From Burkholderiales bacterium (GTDB taxonomy: Bacteria; Pseudomonadota; Gammaproteobacteria; Burkholderiales; SG8-39): DNA of 53,818 nt. Below the pieces are notes generated by a model, which saw only the letters and a list, made by a program, of their open reading frames with translations, had not been told where the DNA came from and made no database searches. Positions 24,204-37,564 of this stretch are shown here, piece by piece. The stretch lies in contig DASQAW010000153.1 in the NCBI GenBank assembly GCA_035635495.1, positions 1-53,818 on the forward strand, in the 5' to 3' direction. The translations under genes were made by a program, and so were the position numbers. How positions within the stretch are numbered: position 1 is the first letter of the stretch; every line of letters starts with the position of its first letter.

Positions 24204-25142
24204 GTGCAGATTATCCTGATCTCGGATCGGCTGGCCAAGGCGAGGTCAGTGACTTTGTCGTTCGGGCATCTGTTCGCGAGCGCCTTCCTGATGTGTCTGA
24301 TCGTGGTGAGCGCGACCATCGGCGTGTACTGGATCACCCTGCGCTATGCCGCCGACGTGCCGCTGCCCGCGCTGCACCGCCTGGTGCTTGCAGCGCAGGA
24401 GACCGAAGCCGAACGCAGCCGGGCGTTCGTGCAACAGAACCTCAATGCCATGGCCGTGAAGCTCGGCGAACTGCAGGCGCACCTGACGCGCCTCGACGCG
24501 CTCGGCGAGCGGCTCGCCGCGCTCGCCGGCGTGCGCGACATCAAGCTCGCGGAATCGCCGGGCCTCGGCGGTGCCGCCCCGACCCTGATGCCGCCGCAAA
24601 ACCTGTCGCTCGGCGACTTCAGCGAGAAGCTGCTCGAGCTCTCGCGCCAGCTCGAGAACCGCAACGACATGCTCGGCGTGCTCGAGTCGCAGCTCTTCGA
24701 GCAGGCGGTGAAGAAGAAGCTCATGCCGACGATGCTGCCGGTCGCCGCGCCCTTCAACGCCTCGGGCTTCGGGCGCCGCGTCGATCCGTTCACCGGGCAG
24801 TGGGCGATGCACGAAGGCATCGACTTCCTCGCCGACCCGGGCTCGCCGGTGGTCGCCGCGGCGGGCGGCGTCGTGGTGTTCGCCGGCTTCCATCCGCAGT
24901 ACGGCTACGTGGTCGACCTCGACCACGGCAACGATCTCGTCACGCGCTACGCGCACTGCTCGAAGCTGCTGGTCAAGGAAGGCGACGTCGTGGCGCGCGG
25001 ACGCAAGGTCGCCGAGTCTGGATCGACCGGGCGCTCGACCGGACCGCACCTGCACTTCGAAGTTCGCTTCCGGGGGGCGGCGCAGAACCCGGCCAAGTTC
25101 CTTTTCGCCAACGGCACGCAGGCCGCCGCGCGCGCCAAGTAG
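24204..25142 (+). CDS. M23 family metallopeptidase (membrane-anchored, coiled-coil N-terminal part)
   Basis: 312 aa. N-terminal TM, then HEGIDF ... GSTGRSTGPHLHFEV (LytM/M23 HxxxD and HxH motifs). GTG start. Confidence 0.88.
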   Translation: MQIILISDRLAKARSVTLSFGHLFASAFLMCLIVVSATIGVYWITLRYAADVPLPALHRLVLAAQETEAERSRAFVQQNLNAMAVKLGELQAHLTRLDALGERLAALAGVRDIKLAESPGLGGAAPTLMPPQNLSLGDFSEKLLELSRQLENRNDMLGVLESQLFEQAVKKKLMPTMLPVAAPFNASGFGRRVDPFTGQWAMHEGIDFLADPGSPVVAAAGGVVVFAGFHPQYGYVVDLDHGNDLVTRYAHCSKLLVKEGDVVARGRKVAESGSTGRSTGPHLHFEVRFRGAAQNPAKFLFANGTQAAARAK

Positions 25143-25207
25143 TCGTTCGGCTTTACCGTTAAAATCACAGGTTTTGCAGGGCGCCGGCGCACGCCGGTGC
25201 CCGGCCG

Positions 25208-28015
<2,808 letters not shown>

Positions 28016-28067
28016 GTTCTTGCGCCACCATCCGCATCGCGCTAACGCTAGTCGCAATCGCATTTAG

Positions 28068-28162
28068 GCTGCTCAGCGTCGCTGCAAAATCCTGCAGGGC
28101 GCGAAGCCGGCGACTTGCCGGTGGAGCAATCCACGAAGCTCGAGCTCGTCGTTAATCTGAAC
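28068..28162 (+). pseudogene. Frameshifted C-terminal fragment of a PF04392-type ABC substrate-binding protein paralog
   Basis: Reads AAQRRCKILQGAKPA, then a 1-nt frame break at about 28113, then DLPVEQSTKLELVVNLN. This parallels AGRILKGEKPAEMPVLRPTRFELGVNL of the intact gene at 28348-29352. Preceded by an in-frame TAG with no N-terminal part. Confidence 0.55.
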
Positions 28163-28347
28163 GAAGATGCTCTTCTTTCGAGGCGGCCGCGAGGTCGCGC
28201 GGATCTCAGGCGCGATGGTTCGCCGGGGGGATCCCTTCCTGGCCGCAGCTCAAAGCTAAATCCCCCCGCGAAGGCGGAAATCCGGCTTTCGATTGGTGCC
28301 CAGGCGGGGTATGGTGGATTGAAACCAATTCCTCTGGGGAAGAAGGA

Positions 28348-29352
28348 TTGGATCGACGCGATCGAATGAATCGCCGCGATTTCATCGCGCTGCTCGGTAG
28401 TGCGGCCGCAGCGATGTGTCCGCCATTAGCGGCGTGCGCGGAGGGCGTACCCCCGCTGGTCGTGGGATTTCTGCATCCTGGTTCGGCCGCCACTAGCGCC
28501 GGCGCGGCTGCCGAATTCCGCAAAGGACTGGCCGAGATCGGTTACGTCGAGGGCCGCAACGTGGTCATCGAATACCGGTGGGGAGAGAACCAGCCCGATC
28601 GCCTGCCGAAATTGGCGGCCGATCTCGTCGGGCAGCGTGTCAGCGTGATCGTTACGCTCGCCAGCACACCGGCGGCGGTTGCCGCCATGACCGCGACTAG
28701 GAGGATCCCGATCGTTTTCAGCACCGGCAGCGACCCAGTGCGCGCGGGCCTCGTCGCGAGCTTCAACCGGCCGGGAGGCAACGTCACCGGCATCAGCTCG
28801 ATGAACACCGAACTTGGGGGCAAGCGCATAGGGCTCCTGCGCGAGCTCTTGCCGCACGCCGCGCGCTTTGCGATTCTGGTCAATCCGTCGACTCCGATCG
28901 CGGCCCAGGTTGCCGACGCACAGGCAGCGGTTGCAGCAATCGGAGCGCAGATTGAAATCGTCCACGCGAGCGCGTATCGCGACATCGAAACGGCCTTCGA
29001 GACGCTGGCGCAAAAGCGCGTCGATGCGCTCGTTGTCAGTCCTGGCGCGCCTTTCAACGAGCGCCGGGCGCAAATCGCGATGCTGGCGGCGCGCCGCGCT
29101 ATCCCGACGGTCTTTCCCACGCGTGAATGGATCGATGCCGGCGGGCTGATGAGCTATGGGCCCATCATCGCCGACGAATTCCGCAACGCGGGCATCTACG
29201 CGGGCCGCATCCTCAAGGGAGAGAAGCCGGCCGAAATGCCGGTGCTTCGTCCGACCAGGTTCGAGCTCGGCGTCAATCTCCAAACGGCGAGGGCGCTCGG
29301 CATAATTGTGCCGAGTAGCCTCCTCGCGCAGGCTGACGAAGTGATCGAATGA
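28348..29352 (+). CDS. ABC transporter substrate-binding protein, PF04392 (ABC_sub_bind) family, twin-arginine signal; orphan
   Basis: 334 aa. MNRRDFIALLGSAAAAM Tat-like signal. Family-typical C-terminus KGEKPAEMPVLRPTRFELGVNLQTARALGIIVPSSLLAQADEVIE. Alternative start ATG 28366. No permease or ATPase gene adjacent. Confidence 0.8.
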   Translation: MDRRDRMNRRDFIALLGSAAAAMCPPLAACAEGVPPLVVGFLHPGSAATSAGAAAEFRKGLAEIGYVEGRNVVIEYRWGENQPDRLPKLAADLVGQRVSVIVTLASTPAAVAAMTATRRIPIVFSTGSDPVRAGLVASFNRPGGNVTGISSMNTELGGKRIGLLRELLPHAARFAILVNPSTPIAAQVADAQAAVAAIGAQIEIVHASAYRDIETAFETLAQKRVDALVVSPGAPFNERRAQIAMLAARRAIPTVFPTREWIDAGGLMSYGPIIADEFRNAGIYAGRILKGEKPAEMPVLRPTRFELGVNLQTARALGIIVPSSLLAQADEVIE

Positions 29353-29480
29353 GCGCTGGTGGGCGGTACGCGCGCAATCCCGCTTAAAATTCCGTCCCAG
29401 GCACGACTTCTATGGGAAAAAACAGACGATGTTACGCAATTGTTCGGCAGCCCCTTTTAGCGTGCAAAAAACCGCTGTAG

Positions 29481-29539
29481 TTCAAGCACGTGCGCTGCCG
29501 AGCATGCAGTACAAGCACTGCCACGGCAAACTGACCTGA
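29481..29539 (+). pseudogene. Remnant of a secA 3' end (19 codons) abutting argJ
   Basis: Translates [19 protein letters not shown] versus the SecA tail [18 protein letters not shown]. Preceded by an in-frame TAG. Its TGA overlaps the argJ ATG (TGATG). Confidence 0.75.
29510..29537 (+). repeat. Direct repeat copy 2 (secA tail remnant)
   Basis: tacaagcactgccacggcaaactgacct. 27/28 identical to 27986-28013. Confidence 0.9.
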
Positions 29540-30744
29540 TGGCGGTGAACCTGCCGCCACCCGATCCGGCTTCACTGCATCCTGTTCCGGGCGTCGAGCT
29601 CGGCGTCGCCATGGCCGGCGTGCGCAAGGCCAGCCGCAAGGACCTGCTGGTGATGCGCCTGGCGCCCGGGACGGCGGTGGCGGGCGTCTTCACGCAGAAC
29701 CGGTTCTGCGCCGCGCCGGTGATCGTGGCGAAGAAGCACCTGCGCAACGACGTCCAGGCGCTGGTGGTGAACACGGGCAACGCCAACGCCGGCACCGGCG
29801 ACGAGGGCGTGCGGCGCGCGCTGCAGGTCTGCGAGGCGCTCGCCAGCCACCTGGGCTGCGAGCCCGACCAAATCCTGCCCTTCTCGACGGGCGTGATCAT
29901 GGAGCAGCTGCCCGCGGAGCGCATCGTCGCCGCGCTGCCGCGCGCCCTGCTGCACCAGGACGACTGGCGCTCTGCCGCCGAGGCCATCATGACCACCGAC
30001 ACAGTGCCGAAGGCGTACTCGCGCAAAGTGCGCCTGTCGCGCGGCACGGCGGTGGTCACCGGCATCGCTAAGGGCGCGGGCATGATCCGTCCCGATATGG
30101 CGACGATGCTCGCCTTCATCGCCTGCGATGCTCGCGTCCCGCAAAAGGCTCTCCAAGGTCTGCTCGAGCGCGTCGCCCAGCGCTCGTTCAACTGCATCAC
30201 GGTCGATGGCGACACCTCCACCAACGACTCGCTGATCCTCGCCGCCACCGGCCAGGGGCCCGCGGCCGGCAGCCGGCGCGATCTCCTGAAGCTCGAGGCG
30301 GCAGTCGGCGACGTGGCGCGGCACCTCGCCCAGGCGATCGTGCGCGACGGCGAGGGTGCGACGAAGTTCGTCACCGTGCAGATCGAGCGCGGACGCGATG
30401 CCGAGGAGTGTCGCCGCGTCGGCTACGCCGTAGCGCATTCGCCCTTGGTGAAGACCGCTTTCTTCGCCTCCGACCCGAACCTCGGGCGCATCCTCGCCGC
30501 GATCGGCAATTCCGGCGTGCGCGGCCTGGACACCGCGAAGGTCGACCTCTACATCGACGCCGTGCGCGTCGCGCATCGCGGCGCTCGCGATCCCGCCTAT
30601 CGCGAGGAGCAGGCCGTGGCGGCGATGCAGAAGCCCGAGTTCACCGTGCGCGCGGTACTCAATCGCGGCGCCGCGCAGGCAACCGTCTGGACTTGTGACC
30701 TGTCGTTCGATTACGTGAAAATCAACGCCGAGTATCGAACGTGA
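29539..30744 (+). CDS. argJ: Bifunctional glutamate N-acetyltransferase / amino-acid acetyltransferase ArgJ
   Basis: 401 aa. [16 protein letters not shown] autoprocessing region. C-terminal [15 protein letters not shown]. Confidence 0.95.
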   Translation: MAVNLPPPDPASLHPVPGVELGVAMAGVRKASRKDLLVMRLAPGTAVAGVFTQNRFCAAPVIVAKKHLRNDVQALVVNTGNANAGTGDEGVRRALQVCEALASHLGCEPDQILPFSTGVIMEQLPAERIVAALPRALLHQDDWRSAAEAIMTTDTVPKAYSRKVRLSRGTAVVTGIAKGAGMIRPDMATMLAFIACDARVPQKALQGLLERVAQRSFNCITVDGDTSTNDSLILAATGQGPAAGSRRDLLKLEAAVGDVARHLAQAIVRDGEGATKFVTVQIERGRDAEECRRVGYAVAHSPLVKTAFFASDPNLGRILAAIGNSGVRGLDTAKVDLYIDAVRVAHRGARDPAYREEQAVAAMQKPEFTVRAVLNRGAAQATVWTCDLSFDYVKINAEYRT

Positions 30745-31592
30745 ACAAAGAGCTCGAAGAAATTTTGCAGCGTCTGGGAGCCCTGCTCCCGGGTCCTGCG
30801 CCGGCGGCGGACTGGAAGGCGAGCATCGCCTTCCGCTGGCGCTCGAACGGCCGCGCCGGCGCCCCAGGGTGGCTGCAACCGGTGCGGCAGGTGCATCGCA
30901 TCAAGCTCTCCGACCTGCGCGGCATCGACCAGCAGATCGAGCGTGTCGAGCAGAACACGATGCAGTTCCTCAAGAGCCAGCCGGCGAACAACGTGCTGCT
31001 CACCGGTGCCCGCGGCACGGGCAAGTCGTCGATCGTCAAAGGCCTGCTCAACAAGTACAGCAAGCAGGGCCTGCGGCTGATCGAAGTGGAGAAGAACGAT
31101 CTCGTCGACCTGCCGCAGATCGTCGACCAGGTGGCCGGGCGCGCAGAGCGTTGCCTGCTCTTCTGCGACGATCTCTCGTTCCACGGCGCCGAGGACGGCT
31201 ACATCGCGCTCAAGGTGGCGCTCGATGGCTCGATCTCGACCACGTCCGAGAACATGCTGATCTACGCCACCTCGAACCGGCGGCATCTGATGCCCGAGTA
31301 CATGGCCGAGAACCTCGAGACCAAGTACATCGGCGACGAGATCCATCCGGGCGAGACGGTGGAGGAGAAGATCTCGCTCTCCGAGCGCTTCGGCCTGTGG
31401 GTCACCTTCTACCCCTTCGACCAGGACGAATACCTCGAGATCGTCGGACACTGGCTGAAGACGCTCGGCGCGAAATGGAGCGACGGCGCGCGCGAGGAAG
31501 CCTTGCAATGGTCGCTGCAGCGCGGCTCGCGCAGCGGCCGCGTCGCCTACCAGTTCGCCCGTGACTGGGCGGGGCGTCACTCCAAGAAGTGA
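30741..31592 (+). CDS. DUF815-type AAA ATPase
   Basis: 283 aa. Walker [10 protein letters not shown], Walker [21 protein letters not shown] start overlapping the argJ stop. Confidence 0.8.
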   Translation: MNKELEEILQRLGALLPGPAPAADWKASIAFRWRSNGRAGAPGWLQPVRQVHRIKLSDLRGIDQQIERVEQNTMQFLKSQPANNVLLTGARGTGKSSIVKGLLNKYSKQGLRLIEVEKNDLVDLPQIVDQVAGRAERCLLFCDDLSFHGAEDGYIALKVALDGSISTTSENMLIYATSNRRHLMPEYMAENLETKYIGDEIHPGETVEEKISLSERFGLWVTFYPFDQDEYLEIVGHWLKTLGAKWSDGAREEALQWSLQRGSRSGRVAYQFARDWAGRHSKK

Positions 31593-32491
31593 TCGAGGTA
31601 GCGGCAGCCGTAATCCAGCGCCCCGATGGCCGCTTCCTGCTGGCGCAGCGGCCGCAAGGGAAGGTGTACGCCGGCTTCTGGGAATTTCCCGGCGGCAAGG
31701 TCGAGCCCGGCGAGCCCGCCGAGCGCGCGCTCGCGCGAGAGCTGCACGAGGAGCTCGGCATCGACGTCCGCGCGTCTTATCCATGGATCACGCGCGAGTA
31801 CATCTACCCCCATGGGCACGTGCGGCTCAATTTCTTCCGTGTGCTCGAATGGTCCGGCGAGCCGCATCCGCGCGAGGACCAGGCGATCGCCTGGCAGGAC
31901 CTCGGCGCGCCCATGGCGGCGCCGATGCTGCCGGCGAACGCGCCCGTGCTCGCGTCGCTGGGACTGCCGCACGAATACGCCATCACCGATGCCGCGCGCC
32001 TGGGAATCCCGCCGATGCTCGAGGCGCTCGAGCGCCGGCTCGCGCAGGGACTCCAGCTCGTGCAGATCCGCGAACCCCACCTGGCCGAAGCAGCGCGCGA
32101 GCTCTTCACCACGCAGGCCATCGGCCTGGCGCATCGCTACGGCTGCAAGGCGATGGTAAAGGCGCCCCATCCCGGCGCGGACGGCATGCACTACACCGCG
32201 GCGGAATTGATGCGGCTCGAGCGGCGTGCGCAAGGCGGGCTGGCGGCGGCCTCGTGCCACACGCGCGCGGAGGTCGAGCGCGCGATGGCGCTCGGGCTCG
32301 ACTTCGCCGTGCTCGGGCCGGTGCTGGAGAAGAGCGGCGGCTCGCCGCTCGGGTGGGACAGATTCGCCGCCATCGCGCGCGGCTCGAGCATTCCGATCTA
32401 TGCGATCGGCGGCGTCACGCCGGTCGAGATGGAAAGCGCGTGGAGCGCGGGCGCGCACGGCCTGGCGATGATCCGCGGGAGCTGGCGCTAG
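31589..32491 (+). CDS. Nudix hydrolase (MutT-like) fused to a thiamine-phosphate synthase/TenI-like domain
   Basis: Nudix box [24 protein letters not shown] in the first ~130 aa. The C-terminal ~170 aa is a TIM-barrel ThiE/TenI-like domain ending IPIYAIGGV. Confidence 0.85.
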   Translation: MIEVAAAVIQRPDGRFLLAQRPQGKVYAGFWEFPGGKVEPGEPAERALARELHEELGIDVRASYPWITREYIYPHGHVRLNFFRVLEWSGEPHPREDQAIAWQDLGAPMAAPMLPANAPVLASLGLPHEYAITDAARLGIPPMLEALERRLAQGLQLVQIREPHLAEAARELFTTQAIGLAHRYGCKAMVKAPHPGADGMHYTAAELMRLERRAQGGLAAASCHTRAEVERAMALGLDFAVLGPVLEKSGGSPLGWDRFAAIARGSSIPIYAIGGVTPVEMESAWSAGAHGLAMIRGSWR

Positions 32492-32676
32492 CCCTCGTCG
32501 GGCGTCTCGGTCGGGGGCTTCTGGTCCTTGCCGGCGACGCGGTAATCCTCGCTCGCCCACTTGCCGAGATCGATCATCTTGCAGCGCTCGCTGCAGAACG
32601 GCCGCCACTTGTTCTTCGCGGAAAAAACCGACGGCTGCCCGCAGCGCGGGCAGGGGACTTTCCTTACAGATTGCAA
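32488..32676 (-). CDS. yacG: DNA gyrase inhibitor YacG
   Basis: 62 aa zinc ribbon CPRCG...[14 protein letters not shown]. Confidence 0.9.
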   Translation of the reverse strand: MQSVRKVPCPRCGQPSVFSAKNKWRPFCSERCKMIDLGKWASEDYRVAGKDQKPPTETPDEG

Positions 32677-33479
32677 AACGTGAGTTCGAACGGCACGTCC
32701 CAGTCGGCGGTGCGCGTGCGAGCGTCTTCGCCGTTCTGGGAGAGGAAGCGGATGTTGAGCACGTACTTGTTGGCGCTGATCTCCGGCACGCAGGGCGCGG
32801 AGGGGTCGAGCCGCAGGCGGAGCATCTGCGCGGTCTTGCCGCCGAGCATCTGCTGGAACATGCCCTGCGGCGCGTTGACCGCCTGCGGCCGGCCGGATTC
32901 GCGCAGGATGCGCAGGATGATCGCCGAGCCGTCGCGCAGCGGGTGGAGCGGCCCGGTCCAGGCGGCGAGCTGGCCGGTGCGCTCCTCGGCCGGACGGTGC
33001 AGCCAGTAGTGGTAGGAGGGCAGGTCAAACTCGCAGGCGCCGCCGGGAATGCCGGTGCGCTGCTTGATCGACATCAGCCAGTCGTTCTCACGCAGGTACT
33101 GGCCGATCTTGCCGGTCATCGAGAAGAGCGCGGCCGCGGCCTGCTCGATGTCGCGCAGCACGCCCGAGAGCGCCTCCTCGGCGATCTCCGGGTTGTTGCG
33201 GAACGAAAGCAGCACCTGCTTCTGCCGCTCGAGCTCCTGCAGCAGATCGGATTTCAGGTCGGCGCGGCTCGACACCTCCAGGATCTCGAAGAGCGTGAGC
33301 AGCGCCATGTGGTGGTCGTGCGGGTCGGTGCGGGCGATGAAATGGCGCGAGCGCTCGAACAGGTCCTCCAGACGCAGCAGCGTCCGGATGCGCTCGTTGA
33401 GCGGATATTCGTAAGTGATCACGCGGCGCGCGTCGCCAAAAAAACTGGCCGGATTCTGAGCGATTTGCGAGGCCAGCAC
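32664..33479 (-). CDS. zapD: Cell division protein ZapD
   Basis: 271 aa. [22 protein letters not shown]-terminal signature. GTG start, uncertain by about 18 codons. Confidence 0.88.
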   Translation of the reverse strand: MLASQIAQNPASFFGDARRVITYEYPLNERIRTLLRLEDLFERSRHFIARTDPHDHHMALLTLFEILEVSSRADLKSDLLQELERQKQVLLSFRNNPEIAEEALSGVLRDIEQAAAALFSMTGKIGQYLRENDWLMSIKQRTGIPGGACEFDLPSYHYWLHRPAEERTGQLAAWTGPLHPLRDGSAIILRILRESGRPQAVNAPQGMFQQMLGGKTAQMLRLRLDPSAPCVPEISANKYVLNIRFLSQNGEDARTRTADWDVPFELTFCNL

Positions 33480-33482
33480 AAC

Positions 33483-34094
33483 TTAAGACTTGGCGTGGGG
33501 GGCCATTTTGAGGTATTTCGCGTGCAGCGCGCCGACCTGCCGGCGCAGGCCTTCGAGCGTGCCGGCGTTGTCGATCACGTCGTCGGCCGCCGCCAGCCGT
33601 GCGGCGCGCGAGACCTGGTGGGCCATGATCGAGCGCACCTCCGGCTCGGCGAGACCGCTCCGCGCCATCACGCGCTTCAGCTGCGCTTCCTCGGGCGCGT
33701 CGACCACCAGGATCCGACCGACGCGTCGGCGGTAATCGGCGGACTCGACCAGCAGCGGCACCACCTGAACGACATAGGGGCCGCGCGCCGCCGCGGTGCG
33801 CCGCTCGGCCTCGGCGCGGATCATCGGATGCAGCAGTCCCTCGAGCGCCTGCTTCGCCGCGGGATCGGAGAACACGCGGCTCCTCATCGCGTCGCGGTCC
33901 ATGGCGCCCCCGGCGGTGACGAAGGCCTCGCCGAAGAGGCTCTTGATGTGCGGCAGCGCGGCACCGCCGCCCTGCGTGAGCTCGCGCGCGATCGCGTCGG
34001 TGTCGATCACGGTGGCGCCGAGCCGGGCGAACTCGTCGGCCGCTGCACTCTTGCCGCTGCCGATGCCGCCGGTCAGGCCCACGACGAATTTCAC
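33483..34094 (-). CDS. coaE: Dephospho-CoA kinase
   Basis: 203 aa starting (GTG) KFVVGLTGGIGSGKS. GTGA overlap with the pilD stop. The rest of the listed 558-aa ORF is shadow over pilD. Confidence 0.92.
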   Translation of the reverse strand: MKFVVGLTGGIGSGKSAAADEFARLGATVIDTDAIARELTQGGGAALPHIKSLFGEAFVTAGGAMDRDAMRSRVFSDPAAKQALEGLLHPMIRAEAERRTAAARGPYVVQVVPLLVESADYRRRVGRILVVDAPEEAQLKRVMARSGLAEPEVRSIMAHQVSRAARLAAADDVIDNAGTLEGLRRQVGALHAKYLKMAPHAKS

Positions 34095-34954
34095 AGCCGC
34101 TCGGCGTACCAGCGCAGGATCGGCTCGCCCCAGAAGAGCGCGACCAGCGCCGCAATCGCGATGTAGGGACCGAAGTGGAAGCGGAAGCTCCCCTCCCATC
34201 GGCCGCGCGCGGCGAACATCTGCAGCGCGCCAAAAATCAGGCCGACGATCGAGGAGAGCAGGATCACGAACGGCAGCATCTTCCAGCCGAGCAGCGCGCC
34301 GACAGCGGCGTTCATCTTGAAGTCGCCGTAGCCCATGCCTTCCTTGCCGGTGGCGAGCTTGTAGCCCCAGTAGACGAGCCACAGCGACAGATAGCCCGCC
34401 ACGGCGCCGATCACCGCCTCGCGCAGGGGCACGAAACCCGCGCCGAGATTGACGAGCAGCCCGATCCACACGAGCGGCAGCGTGAGGTCGTCGGGCAGGA
34501 GCCCGGTCTCCTGGTCGATGAAGGCGAGCGCGATGGTGAACCAGACGAAGAGCGCGGCGCCGAGGGCCGCCATCGTCGGCCCGAAGCGCCACGCGGAATA
34601 CGCGCCGCCGATGCCGGCGAGGAGCTCGACCAGCGGGTAGCGGGCGCTGATCCTCGCGCCGCACTTGGCGCATTTCGCGCGCAGCACCAGCCAGCTGACG
34701 AGCGGGACATTCTCGAGCGCGGTGATGCCGTGGCCGCAGCTCGGGCAGCGCGAGCGCGGCGTGACGAGGCCGAGCGGAGGCTCCTGCGGCGCGGACTGCC
34801 CGGTGAGCGCCGCGCATTCGGCGCGCCACTCGCGCTCCATCATTTTGGGCAGCCGGTGGATGACGACGTTCAGGAACGAGCCGATGCACAGCCCGAAGAC
34901 GAGCGCCAGCCAGGGAAGGACGGCTGGCTGCGCGAGCCAGCCGACAGACGCCAT
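34091..34954 (-). CDS. pilD: Prepilin peptidase / N-methyltransferase (A24 family)
   Basis: 287 aa. CPSCGH...CAKCG zinc cluster and catalytic Asp motifs GMGYGDFKM and FGPYIA. Confidence 0.93.
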   Translation of the reverse strand: MASVGWLAQPAVLPWLALVFGLCIGSFLNVVIHRLPKMMEREWRAECAALTGQSAPQEPPLGLVTPRSRCPSCGHGITALENVPLVSWLVLRAKCAKCGARISARYPLVELLAGIGGAYSAWRFGPTMAALGAALFVWFTIALAFIDQETGLLPDDLTLPLVWIGLLVNLGAGFVPLREAVIGAVAGYLSLWLVYWGYKLATGKEGMGYGDFKMNAAVGALLGWKMLPFVILLSSIVGLIFGALQMFAARGRWEGSFRFHFGPYIAIAALVALFWGEPILRWYAERL

Positions 34955-34957
34955 TCG

Positions 34958-36190
34958 CTAGACCGCCTGGCCCATCTTGAAGATCGGCAGGTACATGGCG
35001 ATCACCATGCCGCCGATCAGGGTACCGAGCACCACCATGATCATGGGCTCCATCAGCGACGACAGCGCCTCGACCGCGTCGTCGACCTCGGCCTCGTAGA
35101 AGTCGGCCACCTTGCCGAGCATCGCGTCGAGCGCGCCGGTCTCCTCGCCGATCGAGCACATCTGCAGCACCATCGTCGGGAAGACGTTCGCGTTCTGCAT
35201 CGCCACCGTGAGCGACGTGCCGGTGGAGACCTCGCCCTGGATCTGCTTGGTGGCGACGGCGTACACGTAGTTGCCGGCCGCGCCGCCCACCGAGTCGAGC
35301 GCCTCCACCAGCGGCACGCCTGCGGCGAACATGGTCGAGAGCGTGCGCGTCCAGCGCGCCACCGTCGACTTGCGCACCAGGTCGCCGAACACCGGCACCT
35401 TGAGCATCAGGCGGTCCATGAAGATCTGCACCGCCAGCGATCGCTTCCAGCCCTCGAAGAAGCCGTAGATGCCGCCGCCGATCACCGGAAAGATGATGAA
35501 CCAGTAGGCAACGAACCAGTCGGACACTGCCATCACGAAGAGCGTGGGCGCCGGCAGATCCGCGCCGAAGGCGCTGAACACCTGCTTGAACGCCGGGATC
35601 ACGAAAATCATGATCACCGCGGTGATGATGAAAGCGACGGCGATGATCGCAATGGGATAGAACAGCGCGGCCTTGATCTTCGACTTGATGGCGAGGATCT
35701 TCTCCTTGTAGGTCGCGAGGCGATCGAGCAGCGTCTCGAGAATGCCGGCCTGCTCGCCCGCCTGCACCAGGTTGCAGAAGAGCGCGTCGAAGTGCAGCGG
35801 AAACTTGCGGAACGCCGCGGCGAGCGCGGAGCCGGTCTCGACGTCGGTCTTGATCTCCAGCAGCAGCCTGGCCACGGCGGGATTGGTCGCGCCCTTGCCG
35901 ACGATGTCGAACGACTGCAGGAGCGGCACGCCTGCCTTCATCATCGTGGCGAGCTGGCGCGTGAAGAGCGAGATGTCCTTATCGCTGACCTTGCCGCCGC
36001 CGCGGCGCTTCTGCTTCCTGACCTTCTGCACCATGATGCCTTGACGGCGCAGGGTCGCGTTGACGGCAGTCTCGCTCGCGGCACGAAGCTCGCCGCGAAC
36101 GGTCTTGCCGCCCTTGTCCTTACCTTCCCAGGCGAACGTGAATTCCTTCGGCCCTTTTGCCGCGGCCGTTGCGGCTGCTGCTGTTGCCAT
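34958..36190 (-). CDS. pilC: Type IV pilus assembly platform protein PilC (GspF family)
   Basis: 410 aa. Duplicated T2SSF domains (LATMMKAGVPL / LSTMFAAGVPL). RBS GGGAGGGAG upstream. Confidence 0.92.
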   Translation of the reverse strand: MATAAAATAAAKGPKEFTFAWEGKDKGGKTVRGELRAASETAVNATLRRQGIMVQKVRKQKRRGGGKVSDKDISLFTRQLATMMKAGVPLLQSFDIVGKGATNPAVARLLLEIKTDVETGSALAAAFRKFPLHFDALFCNLVQAGEQAGILETLLDRLATYKEKILAIKSKIKAALFYPIAIIAVAFIITAVIMIFVIPAFKQVFSAFGADLPAPTLFVMAVSDWFVAYWFIIFPVIGGGIYGFFEGWKRSLAVQIFMDRLMLKVPVFGDLVRKSTVARWTRTLSTMFAAGVPLVEALDSVGGAAGNYVYAVATKQIQGEVSTGTSLTVAMQNANVFPTMVLQMCSIGEETGALDAMLGKVADFYEAEVDDAVEALSSLMEPMIMVVLGTLIGGMVIAMYLPIFKMGQAV

Positions 36191-36268
36191 TTTTAGGCAC
36201 TCCCTCCCACTTCCCGACCGAGCATGATGCCTTTCGCGCCCCCCTTTGTAAAGCCTGAAGTTCCGCTT

Positions 36269-37564
36269 CTAAACCTCTGAGGTCTCTGTATTTTCTACAT
36301 CGGCGAGCGGCCGGAAAATGCGCACGGTTTTAATCGTCCGCCCCTGCGCGTGGACGATTTCCATCGGCACGTTGTTGATCTTGATGGAGACATCGGCCTC
36401 GGGAATTTCCTGCAGGTGCTCGACGATGAGGCCGTTCAGCGTCTTCGGACCGTCGGTCGGAAGCGACAGTCCGAGCGCCCGGTTCACCTCGCGCACCGGC
36501 ATCGCCCCCTCCGCGGTGGCGGTGCCGTTCTCGTCCCAGGCGAGCGGCGCGGCGGAGGGCAGCGTAGTGGTGAACTTGCCGATGATCTCCTCGATGATGT
36601 CCTCCAGCGTGACGAGCCCCATCAGCTCGCCGTACTCGTCCACGACCAGCGCGAGGCGCTCGCGGTTCTCCTGGAAGTACTGCATTTGCGTGAGGGCGGA
36701 CGTCGTCGCCGGCACGTAGTAGGGCTCGTCGAGCAGCTCGAGGAGCGCCGCCTCCTCGAGCGGTCCGGCGTGCAGCGCGGCGAGCACCTTGCGGATGTGC
36801 AGGATGCCGGCAATTTCTCCCTCGTGGTTCTTGAACACCACCAGGCGCATGTGGTGGGCGGTGGCGAGCTGGCGCGCGACGGTCTCCATGCCGTCCTCGA
36901 GGCAGATCGACTCGATGCGCGCGCGCGGCACCATCACGTCCTGCACCGTGATCGCGCCCACGTCGAACAGATTGAGCAGGATCGACAGGTGCTTCTTCGG
37001 CATGAAGCTCGAGGACTCGAGCACCAGCGTGCGGATCTCCTCGGGCGAGAGTTTCGGCGCGTCGCCGCTCGGGTCGCTGCGCACGCCCAGGATCCAGAGC
37101 AGCGGCCGCACGAACAGATTGACGAACCATGCCGCCGGATCGAGCACGCGCAGGGAAATTTTCAGCGGCATCGATAGCAGCAGCGCGGTGCGGTCCGGGT
37201 GCGTGGCGCCGATCACCTTCGGCGTGATCTCGGAGAAGACGATGATCAGGAACGAGATCACCAGCGTGCCGGCCGCATAGACGATCTTGTTCTCTCCAAA
37301 CAGCCGCACAGCGACGATGGTTGAGAGAGAGCTCGCCGCTACCACGACCAGCGTGTTGCCGATCAGGATTCCGCCCAGCAGGCGGTCGGTCCGCTTGAGG
37401 AGCTCGGCCACCCGCAGCGCGGCGCGGTTGCCCTGCGACACCAGGTGCTGCAGGCGGTAGCGGTTGGTCGCCATCATCGCCGTCTCGGCAATGGAGAAGA
37501 ACGCCGACAGCGCGAGCAGCACGGCGAGTGCGCCCACCATCCATGAGAGGGAGATGTCTTCCAT
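36269..37564 (-). CDS. HlyC/CorC family transporter (DUF21-CBS pair-CorC_HlyC; CNNM type)
   Basis: 431 aa from MEDISLSWMVGALAVLLALSAFFSIAETA. CBS pair and C-terminal transporter-associated domain. Only the last 431 codons of the listed 1148-aa ORF are real. Confidence 0.88.
   Translation of the reverse strand: MEDISLSWMVGALAVLLALSAFFSIAETAMMATNRYRLQHLVSQGNRAALRVAELLKRTDRLLGGILIGNTLVVVAASSLSTIVAVRLFGENKIVYAAGTLVISFLIIVFSEITPKVIGATHPDRTALLLSMPLKISLRVLDPAAWFVNLFVRPLLWILGVRSDPSGDAPKLSPEEIRTLVLESSSFMPKKHLSILLNLFDVGAITVQDVMVPRARIESICLEDGMETVARQLATAHHMRLVVFKNHEGEIAGILHIRKVLAALHAGPLEEAALLELLDEPYYVPATTSALTQMQYFQENRERLALVVDEYGELMGLVTLEDIIEEIIGKFTTTLPSAAPLAWDENGTATAEGAMPVREVNRALGLSLPTDGPKTLNGLIVEHLQEIPEADVSIKINNVPMEIVHAQGRTIKTVRIFRPLADVENTETSEV

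Noticed and set aside
28221-28270. Imperfect inverted repeat cgccggggggat ... atccccccgcg with a 27-nt loop inside the secA-argJ insertion
   Set aside because: The loop is long, one arm has a bulge, and there is no flanking T-tract. It lies in decayed non-coding sequence. This is not enough to call a terminator, an att site or an RNA element.
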